Assembly: GCA_035063585.1 (NCBI GenBank)
Contig: JAPSGB010000050.1
Span: 1-32,808, forward strand
Direction of reading: 5' to 3'
Length of the DNA: 32,808 bases
Origin: Polyangiaceae bacterium
GTDB taxonomy: Bacteria > Myxococcota_A > Polyangia > Polyangiales > Polyangiaceae
In this document: positions 16,850 through 24,794 of the stretch, piece by piece
Position numbering within the stretch: position 1 is the stretch's first letter
Layout of the letters: the number at the start of each line of letters is the position of its first letter
The notes under the pieces: generated by a model
The model's database searches: none
Seen by the model: only the letters and a program-made list of their open reading frames with translations
What the model was told of the DNA's origin: nothing
Program-made: the position numbers and the translations under genes

Positions 16850-18714
16850 CCGCGCGCCCGCGCTCGAGCGACGCGCCGGTCGCCGGCCGCGCCGCACCGA
16901 CACCCGGGCTGCGGACCGAGGCGGCGCTCTCCGCTTTCCATGAGGAAGCGAAGCTCGGGCGCGCCCAGGATTTTCGGCTGCTGCTCCGGCTCTGGCCCTT
17001 CGTGGCGCCGCATCGGCGGCTCATGTTCGTCGCGCTCGGGGTGATGGCGCTCACGGCCGGGACCGCGCTCGTGCGGCCGCTCATCATGCGTTTTGCCATC
17101 GACCACGGCGTGACCGTCCACCGGCCGTCGGTGCTGCTCGAGGGCGGCCTCATCCTGGCCGTCGTGGTGGTGGTCGAGCAGGTGCTCACCTTCGCGCAGA
17201 TCTACGCGACCCAGATCGTCGGCGTGCGCGCGATGACCGATCTTCGCCGCCGCATCTTCGAGTTCATCCACGGGCTCCGGCTCGGATATTTCGACAACCA
17301 GCCGGTCGGGCGCTTGGTGACGCGGGTGACCAACGACGTCGACGCGGTGCTCGAGCTCTTTGCCTCGGGCGCGCTCAGCGCCTTCGGCGACCTCATCAGG
17401 CTCATCGGGATCGTCGCGCTGATGCTCGCGCTGGACTGGAAGCTGTCGTTGGTGGCCTTCGCCGCCACGCCGCCAGTGGCGATCCTGGTGCTCGCGGTGC
17501 GGCGGCGAGCCCGCGAGGCCTACCGCGACATCCGCACCAAGACCGCGCGCATGAACGCCAACATGAACGAGCAGGTCACCGGGATGACCGTGGTGCAGGC
17601 CTACGGGCACGAGGCGGGCGCGGCGCGCGAGTTCGACGAGATCAACGCCGGCTATCGCGACGCGAACATCCGCGCCATCACCTACGAGTCGGTTCAGGAC
17701 GCCGCCATCGACACCGTGAGCGCGGTGTGCCTCGCCTCGCTGGTGGTGTCGCTCGGCTATCATCCGGTGAGCTTCGGGACGCTGGTCGCGTTCAACGCCT
17801 ACGTGGTGCAGTTCTTCGAGCCCATCAGCGCTCTGGCGCAGCGGTACACGCTGCTCCAGAGCGCGCTCGCGGGTGCCGAGCGCATCTTCGGCCTGCTCGA
17901 CACCGACGCGGCCGACGAGCCGCGCGGAGAGCCCGCGCCGCGCAAGGTGTCCGATGCCGCCTTCGAGCTCGAGCATGTCGGGTTCGCGTACAAGCCGGGC
18001 GTCCCGGTGCTCGAGGACGTGAGCTTCCAGGCCCGACGCGGCGAGAGGATCGCCCTGGTCGGGCCGACCGGGGCCGGAAAGACCACCATCTCCGGGCTCC
18101 TGCTCCGGCTCTACGAGGCAGAGACGGGTGTGGTTCGCGTGATGGGCGACGACGTCCGCGCGCTCGAGCGCGACGAGCTCCGCCGCCGCTTCGCGGTGGT
18201 TCCGCAGGACGTCTTCCTGTTTCCGGGGACCATCGCCACCAACGTGGCCGCGAGCTCGAAGCCAGACCGCGCGCGCGTCCGCGAGGTGCTCGAGCGCATC
18301 GAGGCCTGGGAGCTCTTTGCCTCGCGGCCGGGGGGCGTGGACGCGCCCATCGACGAGCAGGGTTCGAATTTCTCGGCCGGCGAGCGCCAGCTCATCGCGT
18401 TCGCGCGCGCGCTCTATCGCGATGCGCCGATCCTGATGCTCGACGAGGCGACCGCGAGCGTCGACAGCGCCACCGAGGCGCGGCTCCAGCGCGCGCTCGG
18501 GGAGCTCCTCGCGGGGCGGACGTCGCTCATCATCGCTCACCGCCTGAGCACCATCCGCGCCGCCGATCGGATCGTGGTCTTCCAGCGCGGGCGCGTGGTC
18601 GAGCAGGGCAGCCACGACGAGCTGCTCGCCCTCGGCGGGCTCTACGCGCGGCTCTACGAGCTACAGTTCGCGCGCGCCGAAGCGGGCGCGGAGCCGGCCC
18701 GGGCGCTCGCGTGA
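16846..18714 (+). CDS. ABC exporter half-transporter (TMD+NBD), MdlB/YheH-like partner
   Basis: GPTGAGKT, FSAGERQ, MLDEATASVD and IIAHRLST. GTGA overlap with the previous gene. Confidence 0.92.
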   Translation: MTARPRSSDAPVAGRAAPTPGLRTEAALSAFHEEAKLGRAQDFRLLLRLWPFVAPHRRLMFVALGVMALTAGTALVRPLIMRFAIDHGVTVHRPSVLLEGGLILAVVVVVEQVLTFAQIYATQIVGVRAMTDLRRRIFEFIHGLRLGYFDNQPVGRLVTRVTNDVDAVLELFASGALSAFGDLIRLIGIVALMLALDWKLSLVAFAATPPVAILVLAVRRRAREAYRDIRTKTARMNANMNEQVTGMTVVQAYGHEAGAAREFDEINAGYRDANIRAITYESVQDAAIDTVSAVCLASLVVSLGYHPVSFGTLVAFNAYVVQFFEPISALAQRYTLLQSALAGAERIFGLLDTDAADEPRGEPAPRKVSDAAFELEHVGFAYKPGVPVLEDVSFQARRGERIALVGPTGAGKTTISGLLLRLYEAETGVVRVMGDDVRALERDELRRRFAVVPQDVFLFPGTIATNVAASSKPDRARVREVLERIEAWELFASRPGGVDAPIDEQGSNFSAGERQLIAFARALYRDAPILMLDEATASVDSATEARLQRALGELLAGRTSLIIAHRLSTIRAADRIVVFQRGRVVEQGSHDELLALGGLYARLYELQFARAEAGAEPARALA

Positions 18715-19182
18715 TCAGTCGCGGCCGGCGTCGCGCGCGGCCGACGGATCGAGCGGCGTGAGGGTCACCCTCAGGTAGAACTCCGCGCAGGTGTCGTTTC
18801 GGACCTGCACGTACTCCTCGTTCACGTCCTCGTAGATGACCTCGTTGCCGGCCGCCTCCGAGAAGTTGCCGACCCCGCCGTCCACCGCGGGGAGCGGGTG
18901 CTGATAGAACGCGAGGTAAGCGTGCGGCTCCGGCCGCACGCCGAGGTGGTGCATGAGCCGGAAGCGGCGACCGGCGGGGAAATCGAGCCAGTTTCCATCG
19001 ATGGGCGTGCTCTCCCACCCGGCGCCGACGCGCTCGCCGCCGGTGTATTCGAGCGCCGGCTGCCCCGCGGTGTCGCACGCGCCGCCACAGCCGCCTTGCG
19101 GCGCGAGCAGGAGCGCGCCCGCGCCGAAGAGCGCGACCGTGGCGAGGAGCGGGCCGAGGCGCATCGAGCCGAGGCGTAGCAT
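18715..19182 (-). CDS. Hypothetical secreted or lipoprotein-like protein
   Basis: Hydrophobic leader (LLATVALFGAGALLL), then GGCGGAC and a globular aromatic-rich domain. Start is 19182 or 19164. Confidence 0.7.
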   Translation of the reverse strand: MLRLGSMRLGPLLATVALFGAGALLLAPQGGCGGACDTAGQPALEYTGGERVGAGWESTPIDGNWLDFPAGRRFRLMHHLGVRPEPHAYLAFYQHPLPAVDGGVGNFSEAAGNEVIYEDVNEEYVQVRNDTCAEFYLRVTLTPLDPSAARDAGRD

Positions 19183-19190
19183 GAGCCGCG

Positions 19191-20021
19191 TCAGTCGAAC
19201 CAGCCCATCACGACCGCGCGGGCGGCCAGCGCCTCGACGACGTCCTCCACGCGAGCCACCTCCCGCGCGCGGAAGGGCCGCCAGCGTCGCCCGACCTCGA
19301 ACATGGCGGCGAGCCGCCCGTGCAGCATGAGCGGGACCATCGCGACCCCGCGCGGCGCGGCGATCGACCGCGAGACGCGGCCCGCGATGTACCGGCCCGC
19401 TTCCCCCGGGACCGGCTCGCCCATCACCGTGTGCCCGGCCTGCGCCGCGAGCAGCGATGGATCGTCCGGGGCGAGGCGCTCCCCGAGCAAGAGCTCGGCG
19501 TTCGGTCCCTGCGCGCACGACGTTACGGTCGCCCCGAGATCGAGGCGCACTCGGTGCGCGAACCCGACGTGCGCCGCGGCCGCCGTCACCACCGTGGACA
19601 GCGTGAGCAGGAGCGCCTCGTCGATGTCGTTCGCGTTCTGCAGCACGCCCACCGGATCGACCGGCGGCGGGTGCACGGACACCGGGGGGGCGTCCGTGTC
19701 GCGGACCGCGCGGAGCTCCTCGGTGCTCGGGGGCGCTGGGATCTCGTGGAACGGGCTGCTCGCCCGCTCCTCCGCGCTCGCGCTGATGTCCGCCAGCTCC
19801 TGCACCTGCGCGAGCCGCCCGCTCGCCGACAGCGGCTCGAGATCCTCGAGGCGCCGCCACACCTTCCAGGACTCATGCCGTACGAACGAGCCGCCCGGAA
19901 TGCGCCCCTCGATCACCCCGCGCCGGAGCAGCTCGAACCCCACTGGCCCCACGGCCTGCACACCATTGGTCACGAACCAGCGGTCCGTGAAGCTCACGTC
20001 TTCGAGCACGTCGAACGTCAT
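19191..20021 (-). CDS. GYF_2-like N-terminal domain plus GAF-like domain protein
   Basis: WFVTNGVQAVGPV...GRIP..SFVRHESWKVWRRL (GYF_2/DUF4339-like) and AMVPLMLHGRLAAMFEVGR..PF...E (GAF-like). Confidence 0.7.
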   Translation of the reverse strand: MTFDVLEDVSFTDRWFVTNGVQAVGPVGFELLRRGVIEGRIPGGSFVRHESWKVWRRLEDLEPLSASGRLAQVQELADISASAEERASSPFHEIPAPPSTEELRAVRDTDAPPVSVHPPPVDPVGVLQNANDIDEALLLTLSTVVTAAAAHVGFAHRVRLDLGATVTSCAQGPNAELLLGERLAPDDPSLLAAQAGHTVMGEPVPGEAGRYIAGRVSRSIAAPRGVAMVPLMLHGRLAAMFEVGRRWRPFRAREVARVEDVVEALAARAVVMGWFD

Positions 20022-20264
20022 CGGGGGTGAATCTCCGAGCCGCGAGCGGTGCCTCTGCTCACGCCCGAGCCCCCACCCTATCACCATTTCCCGCGACTTT
20101 CGCGCCACGGCAGGCGTGGGCGCGACGCCGGCTCGCCTTGCCGGCTCCCCGGTGCTGAACTGCCCGGGCACCCGGCGCTCCCGGGTCGGCGCGGCCTGCG
20201 GGCGCTCCGCCGCGCGCGGCCATGCGCCCGGTCGTCGCCACCATCCACCATCCAGGGCACGGAA

Positions 20265-20648
20265 ATGAACCCCACCGCGAAGCTCTTTCTCACGCTCGGC
20301 GGCGTCAACGCGGCGCTCGTGGTCGCGCTCGGCGCGTTCGGAGCGCACGGTCTGAAGGCGCGGCTCACGCCGGAGCTCCTCGCCGTCTACCAGACCGGCG
20401 TGCACTATCACCTGTTTCACGCGCTCGGGCTGCTCGCGGTGGGGCTGGCGGCGGTGCCGCTCGCGGAATCGGCGTATCTGCGCTGGTCCGGCGGGCTGAT
20501 GCTCGCCGGCATCGTGCTCTTCTCCGGTAGCCTCTATCTCCTCAGCCTGAGCGGGCTGCGCTGGCTGGGGGCGGTGACGCCGCTCGGAGGAGCCTCGTTC
20601 ATCGCCGCTTGGGCGCTCTTCGTGGTGGCGGTCCTCCGGTCGAGGTAG
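20265..20648 (+). CDS. DUF423 family small membrane protein (YgdD/YwdK-like)
   Basis: ALGAFGAHGL, YQTGVHYHLFHA, LFSGSLY and GAVTPLGG motifs. Confidence 0.9.
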   Translation: MNPTAKLFLTLGGVNAALVVALGAFGAHGLKARLTPELLAVYQTGVHYHLFHALGLLAVGLAAVPLAESAYLRWSGGLMLAGIVLFSGSLYLLSLSGLRWLGAVTPLGGASFIAAWALFVVAVLRSR

Positions 20649-20712
20649 GGGTGAAGGGTCCTCGAGGTCGGTTCGGCGCGGAACCGCGCACATGCGCTAG
20701 CCTTCCCCGGCG

Positions 20713-22215
20713 ATGGTCAGCGACAAGGCATGGCTCGTGGGCGCCGGCCCCGGCGCTCCCGCGCTCCTCACGGTCCGCGGAGCGGAGCTGCTCGCGCGCG
20801 CGGAGCTGGTGCTCCACGACGCCGAGGTCTCGCCCGAGCTCCTCGCGCTCGCGGCGAGCGCGGAGCTCCGCCTCGCTCCGGCGAGCGCGGCGGAGCTCAC
20901 GTCGCTCGTGCTCGAGGCGAGCCGCGCCGGCCGGCGCGTGGTCCGCCTGATCTCCGGAGATCCGCTCTTCTCCGCGAGCGGCGTCGCGGAGGCGCGCGCG
21001 CTCAGGCGCGCTGGGCTCGAGCTCGAGGTGGTTCCTGGGGTTGCCGTCGAGCTCGGCGCGAGCTCCGCGGCGGGGCTCGCGCTCGGGTATCCGGGAGGTC
21101 CGCGCAGCGCGGCCGCGCTCGTCTCGGCGGGCCCTCCGAGTCCGGGTGAGCTCGCCGGGCTCGCGCGCGCGGCGCGCTCGTTCTGCGCGCGGCTCGAGCC
21201 TGGCGAGCTCGACGCCGCGGTCGCCGCGCTCCTCGCCAGCGGACGCGCGAGCTCGGAGCTCGCGGCCCTCGTCACGCGCGGCACGCTGCCGTCGCAGCGC
21301 GTGGTGACCGCGCCGCTCGGTGAGCTCGCCAGGGCCGCGCGCGCGGCGGAGCTCGCCGCGCCGCTGGTGCTGGTCCTCGGCGACGCGGTCCGCGCTCGCG
21401 GCGAGCTCCGCACCTTCGACGCGCAGCCGCTCTTCGGCCAGCGGGTGCTCGTCCCGCGTCCGCTAGCGCAGTCGAGCGTGACCGCGGCGGCGATTCGCGC
21501 GCGCGGGGCCGAGCCCGTGATGTTCCCGGTGATCGAGATCGTCGCGCCGCCCGATCCCGCTCCGCTCGCGCGCGCGCTCGACGAGCTCTGCCGCTACGAC
21601 TGGGTGCTGCTCACCAGCGTGAACGGCGTCGAGCGCGTGATGGCCGCGCTCCGCGCCGCCGGCCGCGACGCGCGCGCGTTCGGCGCGGCTCGGCTCGGCG
21701 TAATCGGGCCGAGGACCGGCGCGGCGCTCCGCGCTCACGGCCTCGCGGCGGATCTCGTCGCCGACGAGTATGTCGGAGAAGGGCTCGCCCGGGCGCTGCT
21801 CGCGCGCGGCGTGGGGAGGCGGGTGCTCCTCGCGCGCGCGCTCCACGCCCGCGACGCGCTGCCGGAGTCGCTCCGCGCCGCGGGCGCCGAGGTCGAGGTG
21901 GTGGCGGCCTACGAGACGCGCCCGGTGCCGCTCTCGCGCGCCGCCGAGCTGGTCGAGCGCCTCGAACGCGGCGCGCTCGAGATCGTGCTCTTCACCTCGA
22001 GCTCGACGGTCAGCTCGACCGCCGAGCTCCTCGGCGCGCGCGCCGCCGAGCTCCTCGCGACGGTCACGGTCGCGAGCATCGGTCCGGTGACCACCGAGAC
22101 GCTCCGCGCGCGCGGCGTGCGGGTCGACGTCACCGCGGAGGAGTACACCGTGGACGGCCTCCTCGACGCGCTCGAGGCCCACTTCAGGGGCCGCGCCGCC
22201 GCGCCGCCTCTTTGA
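20713..22215 (+). CDS. hemD: Uroporphyrinogen-III methyltransferase-like domain fused to uroporphyrinogen-III synthase (CobA-HemD)
   Basis: N-terminal LVGAGPG, VVRL..GDP and VVPGV. C-terminal HemD motifs LTSVNGV, AYET, FTSSST and SIGPVT. Confidence 0.85.
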   Translation: MVSDKAWLVGAGPGAPALLTVRGAELLARAELVLHDAEVSPELLALAASAELRLAPASAAELTSLVLEASRAGRRVVRLISGDPLFSASGVAEARALRRAGLELEVVPGVAVELGASSAAGLALGYPGGPRSAAALVSAGPPSPGELAGLARAARSFCARLEPGELDAAVAALLASGRASSELAALVTRGTLPSQRVVTAPLGELARAARAAELAAPLVLVLGDAVRARGELRTFDAQPLFGQRVLVPRPLAQSSVTAAAIRARGAEPVMFPVIEIVAPPDPAPLARALDELCRYDWVLLTSVNGVERVMAALRAAGRDARAFGAARLGVIGPRTGAALRAHGLAADLVADEYVGEGLARALLARGVGRRVLLARALHARDALPESLRAAGAEVEVVAAYETRPVPLSRAAELVERLERGALEIVLFTSSSTVSSTAELLGARAAELLATVTVASIGPVTTETLRARGVRVDVTAEEYTVDGLLDALEAHFRGRAAAPPL

Positions 22216-23080
22216 GCGTGTCCTTTACGAGCGTGGTCTTCCGCAGGCAGGCCCAGCAGTCCTCGTTCTTCTTCGGGCCGCAGCCGAACTTGTTCTCATA
22301 CTTCACGATTTGCGCGACCGCGCGTCGATCCGCCTCCGTCTTGGCGCGCTCGAGCGTCCTAGCCACCGCTTCGCACTCGGTCGCGGCGCGAAGCTCGAGG
22401 AGCACGCCGAGCGCGGGCGAGGCCTTCGCGCGCACGTCCTTCGAGTAGAGCACCTCCTCGGCGAGCTCGCGGAGCTTCGACTTACGGAAGTAGCCCGGGC
22501 CGAGCTCCCACAGCAGATCGGGTCCGAGGCTCCCGGGCAGGGCGGCGAGGCCGAGCGCGAGGTCGGCGGTGAGCTCGCCGTCGTCCGCCCACCCGCGGAG
22601 CTGCTTCATGGTGTCCGGCTCCCGCGCGAGCTTTGGCACCAGCTCGATCTTGCGAAGGAGCTCCGCGATCGCCCGCCGCTCTCCGACTGCGCTCGCGCGC
22701 GCGAGCGCGACGACCTCCTCCGCGGTGCGCTCTCCCCGGGCGCGGCCCTCGAGCGTCTGGATCGCGTCCGGGGCCCCGTTCGCGGCGCGGGCCGCCAGCG
22801 ACTCCGGCGCGGGCGCCGTGGGCGCGCCGCTCGCGGGCGGCGCCACCGACGCGCTCGCGCCGGGCCCCGCCGAGGCGCTCGCCGACGGCGCCGGCGCGAC
22901 GCGGCGCGGTGCAGGCCGCGTCGCGGTCATCACCGCGGCGGTCACGAGCGCGCCGACCACCAGCCCGCCGCCGCCCGCAAACAGCAGCGGGCCGCGCGAG
23001 CGAGGGCGAAAATCGGGCATCGACGGCGCCGGGGTGTGCCGAGATGCGGGCGACGGAGGCGCTTCGCCGGGCTGCGTCAC
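22184..23080 (-). CDS. Hypothetical single-pass membrane protein with a Pro/Ala linker and a Cys-containing helical C-terminal domain
   Basis: TM (LLFAGGGGLVVGALVTAAVM), APSASAS linker, C-terminal GCGPKKNEDCWACLR. GTG start is inferred. The 3' end overlaps hemD by 32 nt. Confidence 0.75.
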   Translation of the reverse strand: MTQPGEAPPSPASRHTPAPSMPDFRPRSRGPLLFAGGGGLVVGALVTAAVMTATRPAPRRVAPAPSASASAGPGASASVAPPASGAPTAPAPESLAARAANGAPDAIQTLEGRARGERTAEEVVALARASAVGERRAIAELLRKIELVPKLAREPDTMKQLRGWADDGELTADLALGLAALPGSLGPDLLWELGPGYFRKSKLRELAEEVLYSKDVRAKASPALGVLLELRAATECEAVARTLERAKTEADRRAVAQIVKYENKFGCGPKKNEDCWACLRKTTLVKDTLKEAARRRGP

Positions 23081-23208
23081 GGCGCCAGCATACCACCTAC
23101 CGGTCACGGCCGCGTCGCGTGGCACGCGCCAGGCCGCACCGCGGGGGCGCAGGGCGTTCCGCGAGCGCCCCATCGCGGTGCGCCGGCGCTCGCGAACCGC
23201 GAGACTTC

Positions 23209-23249
23209 GTGCCGGTCCGTCGCGGCCGGCGGCCCGGCGCGGCGCTCGA
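23209..23249 (+). repeat. REP-like intergenic repeat, copy D
   Basis: GTGCCGGTCCGTCGCGGCCGGCGGCCCGGCGCGGCGCTCGA. The first 23 nt are identical to copy B and the tail is shared with copy C. Confidence 0.75.
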
Positions 23250-23411
23250 AGCGGACTCCCGTATCCGCGGCTCGAGCTCGCACTTGCCGAAGGCGACGTC
23301 GCGGTGATGCTCGCGGGCGATGAGGCCACGGCGAGACCCATCGGAGCAGCTGGCTGGGGAGTGGCGAGCGAGCGGCGGCGCGCCACGCGCCGGCGCGCGG
23401 ACGCAGTCCGG

Positions 23412-23831
23412 CTAGCCCTTACAGTGGCCCTGAGCGCAGCGCGGCTGGCACGCCCACGGCGCGCAGAGCTGCGTGTGAGGGCACTTCATGTCGTGAAAGC
23501 GCTTCGCGATCTCGTCGAGCTTCGTCACGCTCTCGCGATTCAGCACTCCCCCGCAGCCGCTGGCCGCACCGATCCCGCCCTGATAGCAAGCGCAGTCCCC
23601 GTCGGCCTCGCAGTCGTCGCTCCCGGCCTGGAGCGCGTTCGCGTATTGCGCGGCGGCGACCACGCAGGGGTGCGTGATCGGATCGGGAACCGTTTCGCCG
23701 CCGCTGGCCGTCGGGGTCGGCGCCGACGTCGCGGCCGGCGGCGTCGCGACCTCGGCGGGCGGCTTGGTGCCTCGAGAGCCCTCGCACGCGACCAGGGCGA
23801 GCGCGATGGACAGCCCGAGCGCGCTCCGCAT
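23412..23831 (-). CDS. Small Cys-rich lipoprotein
   Basis: MRSALGLSIALALVAC lipobox, Pro/Thr linker, then a domain with 10 Cys. Confidence 0.8.
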   Translation of the reverse strand: MRSALGLSIALALVACEGSRGTKPPAEVATPPAATSAPTPTASGGETVPDPITHPCVVAAAQYANALQAGSDDCEADGDCACYQGGIGAASGCGGVLNRESVTKLDEIAKRFHDMKCPHTQLCAPWACQPRCAQGHCKG

Positions 23832-24192
23832 GACCTCGAGTATCACCGATCCCGTGGCGGTCGTCCAAACCGGCCTCGCCCCGGACTCCGAGGGAGTCCG
23901 AGACGCGTTCATCACACCCCGCGCTCCGAACCTCGTACGCCGTCCACACGGGCGGCAAGATCGGGGGCTCCGTCGACATCGTCCGGGTGACCGACTCGCT
24001 CCAAGACCTCGCCCAGGTCGGCGTCTCGGTGGGCGGCGGACCCGCCCTCACGCGCGCCGCGGCGCTCCCCACGGGCGCGCACGGGGTCGCGCTCGCGCCG
24101 CGGAGCGCGGCGCCTATGCAAGAATTCGTGATAGACCGAGCGGCGCCAGGAAATGATGTCATCGAGCGGCCGGGGTATGCTTCGATGACGCC

Positions 24193-24765
24193 ATGTCGGG
24201 CACCGAGAACCTGATCGAGGAGCACCGGCTGATCGCGGGCGTCCTCGACGCCTTCGACGCCTTCGTCGACCGCGTCGAGCGCGAGAGCACGCACGATCAT
24301 CACGACCTCGTGCGCTTCGTGACGTTCTTCCGCGAGTATGCCGATCTCGTCCACCACGAGAAGGAGGAAGGGCTCATCCTCCCGGCGCTCGCCAGCGCCG
24401 GCTTCGACTGGGACACGGGCCTGCTCGCCGAGGTCCGGCGCGATCACAACCAGGAGCGCTACCTGATACGCTCGCTGCGCCACGCGGCGATGCAGAAGGA
24501 GCGGTGGTCGCGCGAGGACCAGCGGCACTTCGCGAGCATCGCCCGCACCTTCACGGAGTTCGTGCGAAAGCACGTCGAGAAGGAGGAGGCGATCCTGTTC
24601 CCCGCGCTCCGCGAGCGCGTCTCACCGGAGGTGGGGAGCGAGCTCGCGCGCCGCGTCGCTCAGTTCGACGCGCGCTGGTCGGAGCACGGCGAGCTCGACT
24701 GGCTCCGCACGCTCGCGAGCGAGCTCATCGCAGCTCATTCGAGCCCGGCGCGGCCCGGCGAGTAG
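24193..24765 (+). CDS. Hemerythrin (HHE cation-binding) domain protein
   Basis: EEH, HHEKEE, DH and HVEKEEAILFP di-iron motifs. Confidence 0.9.
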   Translation: MSGTENLIEEHRLIAGVLDAFDAFVDRVERESTHDHHDLVRFVTFFREYADLVHHEKEEGLILPALASAGFDWDTGLLAEVRRDHNQERYLIRSLRHAAMQKERWSREDQRHFASIARTFTEFVRKHVEKEEAILFPALRERVSPEVGSELARRVAQFDARWSEHGELDWLRTLASELIAAHSSPARPGE

Positions 24766-24794
24766 CCGCTCGCCTCAGCGAGTGCCCCCGCGCC

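Noticed and set aside
15038..18714. Non-canonical Walker B (LDD) and signature (FSAGE) as signs of decay
   Set aside because: This is the normal asymmetric degenerate site of heterodimeric ABC exporters.
24150..24166. FNR-box-like ATGAT-GTC-ATCGA upstream of hemerythrin
   Set aside because: The spacer is 3 nt rather than 4, and both half-sites mismatch TTGAT-N4-ATCAA.
23912..24214. Short ORFs between the lipoprotein and hemerythrin genes
   Set aside because: They have no motifs or convincing start signals, so I cannot support a gene.
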